Source of the DNA: a virus
Lineage: Duplodnaviria > Caudoviricetes
Reading direction: 5' to 3' (one strand)
DNA length: 64,000 nt
IMG/VR virus record: IMGVR_UViG_3300035208_006553
Location: 44,380-108,379 of that record
Made by a program: the position numbers and the translations under genes
Part shown: one piece after another, positions 10,134-21,227 of the stretch
Position numbering within the stretch: the first letter of the stretch is position 1
Layout: each line of letters opens with the position of its first letter
The notes under the pieces: generated by a model
Seen by the model: the letters and a program-made list of their open reading frames with translations, nothing else
Told to the model about the DNA's origin: nothing
Database searches by the model: none

Positions 10134-11198
10134 ATGTACAAGGATTTTAAATTCGCAGAACATGCAAAAGTAGAAGTATTTACAGATGCTAAAGAGGCTT
10201 TACAAAGATCTTTTGATATTACAGTAAATCCCGTTCCGGCAGTTGTTGAAGAAATTCAAGTAACTGCAGACGGTAAAATAGTATTTAGAGGAGAACAAAA
10301 ATCAATCTCATTAAATGGTATGGAATCATTTTTAAAAATTCTAAGTATACCGCCTTTATTTGCACGTAAATTACCTACAGATTTGTTATTATATAACATT
10401 GATAAGTTAATTAAAGACAGTCCTGCAAAACCTATTTTTGTATTAGAACGTCCTAATAATAACATTGCAAGTATTGTACAAGATCCATATACAGAAATAC
10501 CATATAATGAAGTAATAGGACGATTTATAGAACGACCTGTTAAAAACATTGAATTATCTGAATCTTTGTTAAAGATGACTTTTGTATTTGATACCTTAAA
10601 AGTACCTGATCTAGATGACAGTCAAGATACTTTATATATAGGAGAGTATTTAGTCAGCTCATTAACTAAGTTGACCAGTTTGCAAGCAATAGCTGGATTA
10701 TACAGAACTCAATGTTCAAATTCCTTTATCATGCCGATTCTTGGTAAATTAAAAGCTAATTATATGAAAAAAGAAGATGTTAGATTATTGCGATTTGCAG
10801 ATGCTTTTGAGTGTTATGATCAAAATTTGGTAGCAACAGTTTTTCGTAATTTTGTTCAGAAAAAGCAAGGTTTATTATATGAACACCAAGTAAAACAAAT
10901 TTGGGAAAGGATTGCAAAGGTATTTTCAAAATCGGATGCAGATCAATTATTTAGTTTTGATGATGATTCTAGAAATGCAATTTTATCCAATGCTAGAGGT
11001 TACTTATCAGAAGTTAAAAAAGCAAAAAATTTAAATTTAGTACCTCCAGAAGCTACTACTACACCTTTTCAAGCTTATAAAATCGCAAATGATGTGACAA
11101 CCTCAGCCCACACTCGTATGTATGATATTGTAGATCAAGTACATGCAGAAACAGTTGGAGGAACAATATTGCAATGGATGCTTTTTAGTAACAATTAA
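10134..11198 (+). CDS. Conserved phage hypothetical protein (DUF932-like)
   Basis: GLYRTQCSN motif resembles G..R..C.N of DUF932 proteins. Confidence 0.45.
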   Translation: MYKDFKFAEHAKVEVFTDAKEALQRSFDITVNPVPAVVEEIQVTADGKIVFRGEQKSISLNGMESFLKILSIPPLFARKLPTDLLLYNIDKLIKDSPAKPIFVLERPNNNIASIVQDPYTEIPYNEVIGRFIERPVKNIELSESLLKMTFVFDTLKVPDLDDSQDTLYIGEYLVSSLTKLTSLQAIAGLYRTQCSNSFIMPILGKLKANYMKKEDVRLLRFADAFECYDQNLVATVFRNFVQKKQGLLYEHQVKQIWERIAKVFSKSDADQLFSFDDDSRNAILSNARGYLSEVKKAKNLNLVPPEATTTPFQAYKIANDVTTSAHTRMYDIVDQVHAETVGGTILQWMLFSNN

Positions 11199-11211
11199 TA
11201 ATTAATTTTTT

Positions 11212-12045
11212 ATGTTAAAAATTTATCAAAATTTTAAATGCAATAAAGAATTTTCTACAGATAAATTAAAACGAAGGTTTTGTAGTAGGCGTTGTTCAGG
11301 AGTATATTCAGCCGAAAAGAAAAAAGAATCTGGAAAGAAATACTATCATTCTATAGAAACGAAGCGAAAAATAAGTAAAGGTAACAGAGGTAAGCGAAAG
11401 CCTTCTCCATTTAAAGGGATGACAGCTGCAAAGAGGTATGGAAGTGAAGAGAGGGCTCAAGAAATTCAAAATAGAAGAAGATTGAAATTAATAGGAAAGA
11501 AACACACAGAAGAGCACAAACAAAAAATAGGGAATGCAGGGAGGGGCAGGAAAAAGACAGTAGCAACTCGTTTAAGAATGAGTGAATCTCGTAAAGGAAT
11601 GAAACAGCCAGAGTATGTTAAAAAGAAAATTTCTAAAACTGTTCGTTTAAATAAAATACAGCAATTAGAGAAGAATAGCCAAATATCAAAACCTAGTTAT
11701 AATATTAGATCTTGTGAATTTTTTAAATATTTAGATATTTTATATAAAACAGAAGGAAGATATGCTATTTACGGAGGAGGAGAATATTTTATTAAAGAAC
11801 TAGGTTATTTTCCTGATTATATAAATTTTGATAAAAAATGGATTATTGAATGGGATGAACCTATGCATTTTACTAAGGAAGGTAATTTAAGAGAAAAAGA
11901 TAAAGTTAGACAACAAGAGATTCAAAAGATGTTTCCTGATTATAAATTTATAAGAATCAGGGCTACGTTGAATTTATATAGACTATTACAAAGGAATATG
12001 AAAAAATTAAAATTAGTTAAACTTTCAAAAACAGGGTTTAATTAA
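11212..12045 (+). CDS. Free-standing homing endonuclease (NUMOD3 repeats plus Vsr/DUF559-like nuclease)
   Basis: RFCSRRC, HSIETKRKIS, KKHTEEHKQKIG, YFPDY...IIEWDEPMH...D..RQ..I......FIRI. Confidence 0.8.
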   Translation: MLKIYQNFKCNKEFSTDKLKRRFCSRRCSGVYSAEKKKESGKKYYHSIETKRKISKGNRGKRKPSPFKGMTAAKRYGSEERAQEIQNRRRLKLIGKKHTEEHKQKIGNAGRGRKKTVATRLRMSESRKGMKQPEYVKKKISKTVRLNKIQQLEKNSQISKPSYNIRSCEFFKYLDILYKTEGRYAIYGGGEYFIKELGYFPDYINFDKKWIIEWDEPMHFTKEGNLREKDKVRQQEIQKMFPDYKFIRIRATLNLYRLLQRNMKKLKLVKLSKTGFN

Positions 12046-13380
12046 TTGTATAAATCTCTACATATTAAAAATTTTCAGTCTCACGAAGATTCTCTGATTG
12101 AATTTGATCCTCAAGTTACTGCAATAGTCGGATTAAATAACTTTGGGAAAAGTGCAATATTAAAAGCTCTTCAAAAACTTGTAAGAAATGATCCTGAAGG
12201 AGTCAGTTTTATTAACGAGAATGCAAATGAAACGTTTCTTACTCTCGAAACTGATTTAGGTAATATAAAAAGAGAGATTTATAGAAGTAAACCCAGTGGA
12301 AAATATGTTATTATAAATAAAGAAAATCCAGCTCAAGATTTAGAATTTGTTAATTTTTCTAAAACAGGCATTCCTCAAGAGGTGTTAAATATATTAGATG
12401 TTTCTTCAATTCAGCAATTTGGTACTGATGAGTTTGATCTAAACTTCCATGTTCAAAAAGACAATGATTTTTTAATCAGAGGTAAAGGGTTATCTTCTAC
12501 TAGAAGTAAAGTATTAAGTAAAATTACTGGAGTAGACATTGTTCAAAAAGCTATTCAACTAGGTAGATTAAAAGAAAAAAGGTACGAACAAGAAATTGAT
12601 AATATAAAAAAAGATCAGCAAAAGATTAAATTAGATTTAGAAAAATATAATAATGTTAATGAACTAGATGAGATTATAAAAAATAAGTTACAGCAAATTC
12701 AAAAATTGCAACAATTAGAAACTGATAAAGTTTTTTATAGTGGATCCTTAAGTTCATTACAAAGTATTGTTGAAAAAGCGACTAAATTAAAGAATTTATT
12801 AAAAGATTCAATTTTACAATTTGCTATTAATGATTTATTAGTTTTACGAAACAAAATAGATAATCTTATAAAGTTACAAAAAGTAAGGTATAGAATTAAC
12901 AAGTTGAATCAATTTTTAATAATGTCAGCTGTAGAGTTTAATGTTGATAGATTACAAATTTTACAAACGTTATTTAATAAAGTTGTAAAGATACAAACAT
13001 TAAATAATAAAATTTTACAGTTGGATAAAGTAATTAAAATAAGCACTATTAATTATGATATAAGTACTTTTCAGCATCTTAAATATGCTAAAGAAAAATT
13101 ACAGCAATTTAAAATATGTACTCAGAAAATTTCTAAATTAAACAATGTTACTAAAATTGAATTACCTAATTTAGGAAGTGTTCAAGAGTGTAAAAAGACA
13201 CTACAAAATTATAAAAATATACAACAACAAATGTTATTACTTACTACTTTTTTGTATAATAAAGAACAAGAGGTACAGCAATTATGTGAGATTTTTAATG
13301 AACAAGAGCAAGAATTAATTAGTTATAAAAAAGAACTTAAAATATGCCCTACTTGCGGCGAATTTTTTAAGGAGAATTAA
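12046..13380 (+). CDS. sbcC: Rad50/SbcC (gp46-like) N-terminal half
   Basis: IKNFQSH, Walker A GLNNFGKS, Q-loop, long coiled coil ending in Zn-hook CPTCG; no Walker B. Confidence 0.85.
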   Translation: MYKSLHIKNFQSHEDSLIEFDPQVTAIVGLNNFGKSAILKALQKLVRNDPEGVSFINENANETFLTLETDLGNIKREIYRSKPSGKYVIINKENPAQDLEFVNFSKTGIPQEVLNILDVSSIQQFGTDEFDLNFHVQKDNDFLIRGKGLSSTRSKVLSKITGVDIVQKAIQLGRLKEKRYEQEIDNIKKDQQKIKLDLEKYNNVNELDEIIKNKLQQIQKLQQLETDKVFYSGSLSSLQSIVEKATKLKNLLKDSILQFAINDLLVLRNKIDNLIKLQKVRYRINKLNQFLIMSAVEFNVDRLQILQTLFNKVVKIQTLNNKILQLDKVIKISTINYDISTFQHLKYAKEKLQQFKICTQKISKLNNVTKIELPNLGSVQECKKTLQNYKNIQQQMLLLTTFLYNKEQEVQQLCEIFNEQEQELISYKKELKICPTCGEFFKEN

Positions 13381-13381
13381 A

Positions 13382-14020
13382 ATGGTTTTATATAAGAAAA
13401 CAGAAAACAATGAATATATTACAATTGACGTACAAACTTTAGGTATAGTAAATAACAAAAATTCAGTAGTTGTATTTACTGTAGGAAATGAAGATTATTA
13501 CCCATCCCAGAAAGATATGGAAGAAATTAAAAGTTTTGTAGATCAAGAGTCTGTTTTTAAGAGTAGTGAAGTATTAATATTACCTTTCTATGTTAAAATA
13601 ACAGATATAACCTTGGATAGTGACAAAAATTATTTATTAGTAGTAAATATACCTTTTCATTTTAGTAAAGCTGATGAGGTAAAGGTAGAGAAAGAAATTA
13701 CAGAAAGTTTACAAAGTCACTCTAATATTAAAGTTAAAGTACTTCGTGAAGATCTTAACATTACAGTTCAAGAAGCTAGTCTTAAAAGTAAGTTTCCTCC
13801 TTTAACTCAGCAAATGGTTGAACATATTGATGGAACACCTACTTTGGATTACGCTATTCGTATTTTGAAAGTGTATAGAGAGAATTGTAATTGTAAGTGG
13901 TCTGATTCTTTAAATGAAGAAAACAAAAGTAGATTATTTGATATTATGAACGAGGCGCAAGATAAGAGAGCTGAGTTATTAGATAAAGCAATATCTGCAT
14001 TAGAAGAACATTTAAAGTAG
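13382..14020 (+). CDS. Hypothetical protein
   Basis: 212 aa ORF, AGGAG RBS, operon spacing. Confidence 0.65.
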   Translation: MVLYKKTENNEYITIDVQTLGIVNNKNSVVVFTVGNEDYYPSQKDMEEIKSFVDQESVFKSSEVLILPFYVKITDITLDSDKNYLLVVNIPFHFSKADEVKVEKEITESLQSHSNIKVKVLREDLNITVQEASLKSKFPPLTQQMVEHIDGTPTLDYAIRILKVYRENCNCKWSDSLNEENKSRLFDIMNEAQDKRAELLDKAISALEEHLK

Positions 14021-14237
14021 AAATGACAATGGAAGAGAAAAAGAAAGAGTATGTGAAATATTTGGAAAGGTTAATTAAATTATTACAATCAAATAAGATT
14101 GAATCAATAAGTTGTGATTCACAACATTTTTACTTTCCTGAATTAGGAAGTATTGCGCACATGGCAGGAAAACCTTTTATATTTCATAAAGAAGAAATAA
14201 TTCTTACAATTCATTACAATACAGAAGAATTAAATTA

Positions 14238-15176
14238 ATGATAATAGGATATGTAACAGATACCCATCTTCGATCAGAAACACCGGAAGGCAGAATAGAT
14301 AATTTTAATAACTCTATTCTTACTAAAATGGAAGAGGTGGGTCAGATTTTTAGAGAAGAAAAATGTGATATAATTCTTCATGGAGGTGATTGGGGTGATA
14401 GACCTGATATTCCTTACAGTGTTTATAATGAATTAGTAGGAGCTTTAAAAGCATGGAATAAACCCATTTACGGAATAATAGGAAGTCATGATTATTATGG
14501 GTATCAGATTAAAAGTTTGAAAAGGACTGCAGTAGGAGCTTTATACAAATCAGGTATAATTGAATTAGTTGGCAGCGAAGGTATGAAAGAATATATCGAA
14601 TTAGATGATATTTGCATTTGTGGAACTCCTCATACGTACTGGTTAGATGAAGATTCTAAAAATTATTACAAAGAAAACTATTCTAGTAAAATTCAAATAC
14701 AACTAACTCATGGAATGCTTCTAGAAAAGCCTGCAATCTTTCAACACACTTTACTTACTAATATAGAAACAAAATCTCAATATCTTTTAGGAGCTCATTA
14801 CCATCCTGGCTGGAGTCAATTGTTTTTTAATTTAAAAGGAACAACATTTATTCATCCAGGAGGGTTAGCTAGATTAGACAATACAGGAAAAGTGAGAATT
14901 CCAAAAGCGGTAATTATTAATTCAGTTACTCAAGAAGTCTATAGTAAAGAATTGCAAACAGCTATAGTACACCCATTTAAAGAAAAGGTAACAGATTCTA
15001 AAGAAGAAATAACAATGAATTTAGTAAAAAGAGCACTAGATTATCTTAAAGATACTCAAGTAAGTGTGATAGATATTAAACAACAACTTCCACTTATTGC
15101 AAATAAATTTAAGTATAATTCAGAAATCGTAGATTTAGCTTTTAATTTAATTGAAGAAGCAGAAAAGGAGAAATAA
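14238..15176 (+). CDS. sbcD: Mre11/SbcD-like nuclease (gp47-like)
   Basis: TDTH, HGGDWGD, GSHD, LTHG, GAHYH, HPG metallophosphoesterase motifs next to SbcC halves. Confidence 0.88.
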   Translation: MIIGYVTDTHLRSETPEGRIDNFNNSILTKMEEVGQIFREEKCDIILHGGDWGDRPDIPYSVYNELVGALKAWNKPIYGIIGSHDYYGYQIKSLKRTAVGALYKSGIIELVGSEGMKEYIELDDICICGTPHTYWLDEDSKNYYKENYSSKIQIQLTHGMLLEKPAIFQHTLLTNIETKSQYLLGAHYHPGWSQLFFNLKGTTFIHPGGLARLDNTGKVRIPKAVIINSVTQEVYSKELQTAIVHPFKEKVTDSKEEITMNLVKRALDYLKDTQVSVIDIKQQLPLIANKFKYNSEIVDLAFNLIEEAEKEK

Positions 15177-15179
15177 TAA

Positions 15180-15752
15180 ATGAGGAAGTGGGAAATATCA
15201 AAACAGTTTGAATTTTCATACGGGCATAGAGTTTGGAGTCAGGAATTAAATAAAGAATTTAGTTTAGATAATAGCTGCTTTTGCCGGTTCATACACGGTC
15301 ATAATTCAGTTCTTGTAGTTTATCTTGAAGCAAGTAGTTTAATAAATGGAATGGTAACAGATTTTAAAAATTTAAATTGGTTAAAGAAATGGATTGACAA
15401 TACTATTGATCACAAGTTTATTATGGACATTAACGATCCGCTATTACCTCACGAAGTATCTGAACCTATAAATCGTTTTATAGGAAATTTTGGAATGAGT
15501 TTTGAAAAAGATGGTCTAATTAAACATGCAGAAGGATATGCTACAATCAATCCTAAATGTTACGAGGATTTTATTTTTCCCGTACGGGAGAAATTTGAAG
15601 GTATGGTATTTGTTTCTTTTGTACCCACTTCAGAAAATTTAAGTAAATGGATATTTGAAATAATTCAAGAAAAAATGTTAAAAATAGGTATAAAAGTATC
15701 TAAAGTAGATTTCTACGAGACACCTAAATCGAAATCTAGTTATTCAATTTAA
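15180..15752 (+). CDS. queD: 6-carboxy-5,6,7,8-tetrahydropterin synthase (QueD/PTPS family)
   Basis: F.FSYGHR, C..IHGH, GMVTDF, DHKF, PTSENL, ETPKS. Confidence 0.9.
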   Translation: MRKWEISKQFEFSYGHRVWSQELNKEFSLDNSCFCRFIHGHNSVLVVYLEASSLINGMVTDFKNLNWLKKWIDNTIDHKFIMDINDPLLPHEVSEPINRFIGNFGMSFEKDGLIKHAEGYATINPKCYEDFIFPVREKFEGMVFVSFVPTSENLSKWIFEIIQEKMLKIGIKVSKVDFYETPKSKSSYSI

Positions 15753-16540
15753 CTACAAATTAACAGTGAAAAGGTGTAAGAATTGAAAGATTTATTAAGT
15801 CAAAATAATTTTAAGTTTGATAAAATAGAATTTAAGAAGTTTGTTTGCAATGATTGTGGTGCTATATTTCAATCAGATGAATATACAACAAGAGAAAGCA
15901 AGAAAGATATTAATATGTCATATTTTATTGATACATGTATTACTTGTAAAAGTGAATGTATAATTAGTGAATTGAAAAATGCCAGTAATTAGAATTTATA
16001 ATAACGGGTATATTTTTGATAGTGCTCGAGTGGCAAATTTTGTTCAACAAATTGATGAACTTATATGTAAAATAGAATCTCTAGATTTAGAAGTAGATGT
16101 TGAAATAATAAATTTTAAAGGAAAAGTGTTAAAAGAAAAGAATTATTGTAATAAAGATGTATTTTTTATTGAAGATTTGTATGATAAGTTATATAAATGT
16201 ATAAATACATACAGTAACGATTTACCTTTTTAAGTGCAGGAGGTGTATTTATTATGGATAAAAAATTATTTTCAGATTATGCTACTGTAATAGTAGGTGG
16301 ACAGACATATTATTGGAATATTAATAAGAGATATACTTATGTATATAGTGAAAGTGAGGAGTTAATGTTTATGTTACTTGCAACAGTAGACGAACTTCAA
16401 ATAAAAGCAGGAATAATTGGCTTTAATAATGGTCACATGCACATTAAAGATAAAGTAAAGAAAAGTATTGCAGAATTACGTAGTTTAATAGGCATACCAA
16501 TTACTCTTGAAATGATTGAAAAGTTAGAAAAGGAATTAAA

Positions 16541-16819
16541 ATGAGTAACGTACAAGAACAGACACCCGCTGACAAATTGACTTCTCTTCAAGCTAAAATT
16601 AAAGAGATTGAAAATAAAAGAATAGGTGCAAATAAAGAGATTGAATTATTGAAAGAGCAATATACAGAGTTAAAGAAGACTCTAGAAGAATTAGGAATAT
16701 CAAATTTAGATGATTTACCTAATTTAATTGTTCAATTAGAAGATGAGTTTAATCAGCAACTTGCATGTGCTGAAAAAGATGTTGAAAGAATTGAACAAGT
16801 CCTTTCTGCAAATGTCTAA
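16541..16819 (+). CDS. Coiled-coil protein, possibly part of the split SbcC arm
   Basis: 92 aa pure heptad pattern upstream of SbcC C-half. Confidence 0.45.
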   Translation: MSNVQEQTPADKLTSLQAKIKEIENKRIGANKEIELLKEQYTELKKTLEELGISNLDDLPNLIVQLEDEFNQQLACAEKDVERIEQVLSANV

Positions 16820-17080
16820 TCAAAAAAAAGAAATAGATCTTAATATACTTGAAGGTAAATACTATCACACAAGAGGTGGCTGGATAGCTAAAGTAGTACA
16901 TGTAAGTACATCTCAGAAAATTTGTTATGTTATTCATAATCCTGGAGATGCAACAGAATCAGCCCCAATTTTACATGATAAAAAGAACGGATTTGCTCTT
17001 TATCCTAGTATATTAGCTTTTTTAGTACCTCCTGCCTATGGAGGACATCCTGCAGATTTAATAGAGGAAGTTACTACAAA

Positions 17081-17785
17081 TTGATTGATCTATTAATTAG
17101 TTACAACGAACATCTTAATAAAGTCAATCAAACATTACAACGCCAAATAGGACAGAGAGATGTTTTGTTGCAAAATCAAAAAGAGAGTGAGAAAAAAGAA
17201 GCAAATGTTATAAACTTGCTTGGTAACATTTCAAAAGCTAAATTGTTATTAGAAATGGTAGTAAGGAGTACTGAAATAAGGGTAAAATCTTATATTGAAC
17301 CTTTCGTAACTGAAGCACTAGATTTCATTTTTAATCAAAATTTAAAATTTCATATAGTATTTATTGATAGAAGAGGACAAATAGAAGTAGATTTTATTGT
17401 ACTTCCTTCTAATAAGGTAGAAGAAGATTACCAAACTTACTTAAATGATGTAGTAACTTACGAACAAGAATTTGATCAGTTAGTAAAAATATACAGAAAT
17501 ATTAATTACTTTTATGGAGGAGCTGTTCAGGAAATATTAGGTGTAGTATTGAGATTAGTAATGATAGAATTATTACAAATAAAAGGACCTGTGTGTTTAG
17601 ATGAACCTACATCTAGTTTTCACGAGCAGTATGCAGCACGTGTTGGTGTATTTATTAAATCATTAAGTGAAAGGTTTAATAGACAAATTATATATGTTAC
17701 ACACAGTCATGCTTTAGCTGCTGCTGCTAATAAAGTATACGAAGTGAAAAAAGACAGGGGTATCAGTAGAGTAGAGGAAATTTAA
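17081..17785 (+). CDS. sbcC: Rad50/SbcC C-terminal half
   Basis: Coiled coil, degenerate signature YGGAVQ, Walker B/D-loop CLDEPTS, H-loop YVTH. Confidence 0.85.
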   Translation: MIDLLISYNEHLNKVNQTLQRQIGQRDVLLQNQKESEKKEANVINLLGNISKAKLLLEMVVRSTEIRVKSYIEPFVTEALDFIFNQNLKFHIVFIDRRGQIEVDFIVLPSNKVEEDYQTYLNDVVTYEQEFDQLVKIYRNINYFYGGAVQEILGVVLRLVMIELLQIKGPVCLDEPTSSFHEQYAARVGVFIKSLSERFNRQIIYVTHSHALAAAANKVYEVKKDRGISRVEEI

Positions 17786-17790
17786 AATAA

Positions 17791-18312
17791 ATGAAAGTTA
17801 ACTTAAAAATTAAAAATAGAGGGCCTTTTATAGTTGCTCCTATTCATTGTCCTTATAAAGTTCAAGAACAAGATATTAAGTTTGATAGTTATCAGAATGA
17901 ACAAGCAGACACAGATAAAGAAATTTTTACAGTTCATTCTTCTATTTGTCCTCTTTGTAAGTTATGTGAATTTATTCCTGAAATAAACGATACACAATTA
18001 GTTTTAAATACCGAAGGTTTTACAAAATATTTAACATTGTTGAATGAAGAAGTGTCAAAATCGATTAGAGGTCAAGTTCTTTATCTTCAAAAAGAAAATA
18101 GATTACCAATTGCAATACTTATAAGCCCGGTAATTTTTGATAGTATGTTAAAATTAACTTATAAAGATAGTCAAGATCAGTATTATTTAGCTTATTCTTA
18201 TTTTATTAATAATGAAGTTCCTATTTGTTATATAACTGGTTGTCCTGTTTACCTTTCTCGAAAATTAACTAAATCTCTTATTCAAGTAGTTGGCGAGGTT
18301 GAATGGCGTTAA
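17791..18312 (+). CDS. Hypothetical protein
   Basis: 173 aa ORF with Cys motifs. Confidence 0.6.
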   Translation: MKVNLKIKNRGPFIVAPIHCPYKVQEQDIKFDSYQNEQADTDKEIFTVHSSICPLCKLCEFIPEINDTQLVLNTEGFTKYLTLLNEEVSKSIRGQVLYLQKENRLPIAILISPVIFDSMLKLTYKDSQDQYYLAYSYFINNEVPICYITGCPVYLSRKLTKSLIQVVGEVEWR

Positions 18313-18388
18313 AACCTTTGATTTTGAATTAAAAACCTACTATTTTCCATTTCTTTTTTGTCTCTTTCTTTATAAATTCCATAAACTT

Positions 18389-18400
18389 TAATGTATAATA
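18389..18400 (+). promoter_or_regulatory. Putative phage promoter TAATGTATAATA
   Basis: Exact motif copy upstream of ORF 18451. Confidence 0.65.
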
Positions 18401-18450
18401 AAATAGTAACAATGTTTAATAGTATTATTTGATTAATAAAAAGAGGTAGT

Positions 18451-19122
18451 ATGAAAAAAGTAATAATTTTTACAGGGTTTGGAAGTTTTTTATTTGGATG
18501 TATTGTAGTTTTTTTATTTCATTATTATTTACTAAAGGAACCACAACATACTAAAATAACTGAAACTATTTATAATAGTAATTTTGAAATAGGGATAGTT
18601 AAAGAAGATTTAGCTACTTATGGTAGATCTTCAATTTTTATAAAAATTGTTACACCTGCTATTGAAAATGCTGCTGAAAAGTATAAAATACCTATAGGTT
18701 TGTTACATGCTATTTTTAGAGTTGAAAGTGATTATAGACCGCAGATTGACCATAACAAAGTAACTGTTCCCGTGCATGGAAATAATATTATTACAAATGC
18801 CATAGGAATGGGAGGTGTGTTATGGGTGTATTGGGGTGATAGTTTGAAAGCACGGGGAATTGCAGAAACTGAAATGGATTTGTATTTTCCACAAATTGCA
18901 ATAGAAGCAACAGCTTATATATTAAAACAAATGATTGATACAGAAACAAAAGTCAATGGTAATTTAAACTCGTTTAATGTATTGTCTAATATAATTAAAA
19001 GATATTTTGGAGCTTACAGTCTAATGTATTTAGCAAAAATGGAAAAGTATACGAGTGATCTTTGGATGAAACGAATAGCGAAAGAAGTATTAGATTTAAC
19101 AAAACAAAAATACAAAGAATGA
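18451..19122 (+). CDS. SLT-type lytic transglycosylase with N-terminal membrane anchor
   Basis: Hydrophobic N-terminus; AAEKYKIP..LLHAIFRVES (catalytic Glu), AIGMG, ATAYILK. Confidence 0.8.
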   Translation: MKKVIIFTGFGSFLFGCIVVFLFHYYLLKEPQHTKITETIYNSNFEIGIVKEDLATYGRSSIFIKIVTPAIENAAEKYKIPIGLLHAIFRVESDYRPQIDHNKVTVPVHGNNIITNAIGMGGVLWVYWGDSLKARGIAETEMDLYFPQIAIEATAYILKQMIDTETKVNGNLNSFNVLSNIIKRYFGAYSLMYLAKMEKYTSDLWMKRIAKEVLDLTKQKYKE

Positions 19123-19147
19123 TTGGCTAATTTTATTTGATAGTAAA

Positions 19148-19333
19148 ATGTATCAGTCTGATAATATAAAAAATAAATTTAGATTAAAAATATTTTTATT
19201 GTTGAAGAAAAATACAGATCAATTTTTAGAAACAAAAAATGAATTAATAAAGAAAAATGTATTAAGACGGATAAACAAATTATTAGACTGTATTTATTTA
19301 TTTATTAAATCTAAAAGAATTAGTTTAAGCTAA
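19148..19333 (+). CDS. Small basic protein, paralog of the loop-encoded ORF at 22749
   Basis: RLKIFLLLKKNTD...RRINKLL.CIYL shared with 22749..22919. Confidence 0.6.
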   Translation: MYQSDNIKNKFRLKIFLLLKKNTDQFLETKNELIKKNVLRRINKLLDCIYLFIKSKRISLS

Positions 19334-19855
19334 TTTGAGGATACAATGAACCAAGAACTAAACAAAATAATAAGCGATTTAGAATATGCTGCTTATAATT
19401 TATGTAACGGCAAAAAAGATACAGATTTACCGCCGGGAATAATTAACTCTACTGGCGCAGAGGATTCTCTTTTAATTGCTATACGTGATTTGAAAGAGAT
19501 AACCAATCGCCACGAACCGCTAGTTAGCGGGAAACTTGCGGACTTTACAGTTTCTGAGCTAATGATAAAAATGAATGAAATTATCGGACAATATCCAGTG
19601 CAAGGTAATTATGCAGATGATGGAAGATATACTTACCCCGGTAGATGGAATGCTTTACTTAAATACATAAAAGAAAAATGAAAACAGTGATTACTAAAAA
19701 CGGAAATCTTGCTTGTAACATTACAAGTGACGAATTGGAACAAATTAAAGAAGATTTGCGACCGACAACAAGACGCAATGATTCTCTATACGAAATATTT
19801 AAGCAAATAGCAGAAGAAGATAAAAAGGTGAATCCAGAACTTTACGAAGATACTA

Positions 19856-20070
19856 CCCGCTAATAATTACAACGAAACGATGTGACGGTTAATTTAACAC
19901 GAACATAAAAGAAGAAATAATGGATTTAAACCAACTTTATATTGAAAATTGTGAGGGCTTTGACGAGTATATGCCCGATGGTTCTTGCCGAAACGGATTG
20001 CGAATGACACTTGATGGATTTCAAAATGCACTAAGAAAATTGAGTGGTCAAATTGAACCGCAAGTTATAA
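19856..20070. repeat. attC-like site (decayed left arm)
   Basis: CCCGCTAAT complements GTTAGCGGG at 19523; right arm ...ATTGAACCGCAA-GTTATAA with GTT at 20064. Confidence 0.6.
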
Positions 20071-20620
20071 AGCAAACGGCGGAAGCAATAAGAGAACTTT
20101 TACAGTTAGCACAAGCAACCCATACTTATTGTGAGGATGGTTATTATAGTTGCCCGAAAGCTGAAGGTGGATGCTATAATGGTGCTTATAAAGAAGATGA
20201 ATGTAATTGCGGTGCAGACAAACAAAACGAACGAGTTACAGAATTAAAAACAATTTTAATGAATGATAGACGTTTGACGTTGTAGAAAAGAAGTATTAGC
20301 ATGGGCTTTGAAAGTACAAAATGAAGAAAGCATACATCCTTTTGATGTGGTATCAAGTTCTAAATCTGATAATTGGAAATTTTATTAATAGTATATGTTT
20401 TATAAATGTAAAAGAAAGTAGTTAAAAGTTAACTTAAATACTGTAATTTTATGTTGAAAATAAAAGAATTTCATAGAAGATACTTCTTGATTTATTGTAT
20501 CCTTTATTACATATTGTAGTTGTAAGAATTATAAAAATAATCAGGAGAAAAAAAAATGGATGCATCAACTTACAAAAACACACCAACAAAATTAAATATT
20601 CTAGAACAAGAAGTAAAACA

Positions 20621-20818
20621 ATATAGCGGAAATGCGTTTAGCCGGACACGGGAATTTAATAAAATAAATTTGAGGTTGATATGAAAGATTACCAAGTAAC
20701 AATAGACTTAGCAAAAAACATTTGAACATGGAAGAGGTTGACCCCGATGTATGGGCTGCAGACGTGGCAAAGCTCATACGAATAATTGAAAGTATTCCAG
20801 CTGAAACGCTGATTAGGC
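20621..20818. repeat. attC-like site (both cores mutated: TAGC / ATT)
   Basis: Left GCGTTTAGCCGGACAC pairs with right GTATTCCAGCTGAAACGC; loop start nearly identical to the site at 22015. Confidence 0.7.
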
Positions 20819-21036
20819 GAGGGCGTTCTTTGCCCGATGTGGCTTGCGGTAATTGTAAACAAATAGAGTTTTGGTATATGAAAATAAAAATCCAAGACGA
20901 ATGGATGGACGGAGTAAGCGGGGAATATAATTTTGTTAAACAATACTGCGATGCAATTACTGACCACGACTGGAAAATAATAAAAGTTACACAGTATAGA
21001 GGCGACAAGGAAGAAGAAATTGAAAGCAAGCCATCT

Positions 21037-21227
21037 GCCTAACGGCTGAGCCATAACCCGCCGAGCGGGAATTGAAAACTAAAATAGGAATTGAAAAATG
21101 AAAAACATTAACGATTGGATAACAGAAAATTTTCTTGCAAGCGAGAGAGAAAATAAATTAAATGATCTTAAAGAAATAATTTTATCCGACCGAGCAAGCG
21201 AGGTCGGTGTTAATGGCATCGTTATGC
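21037..21227. repeat. attC-like site
   Basis: GCCTAAC-GGCTGA-GCCATAACCCGCC ... GGTCGGTGTTAATGGC-ATC-GTTATGC. Confidence 0.8.

Noticed and set aside
1-19122. Bacterial chromosome origin (polA, groEL, dnaG, recA, queD)
   Set aside because: These genes are not clustered this way in bacteria. Terminase, homing endonucleases, single-strand coding and many small unknown ORFs indicate a large phage.
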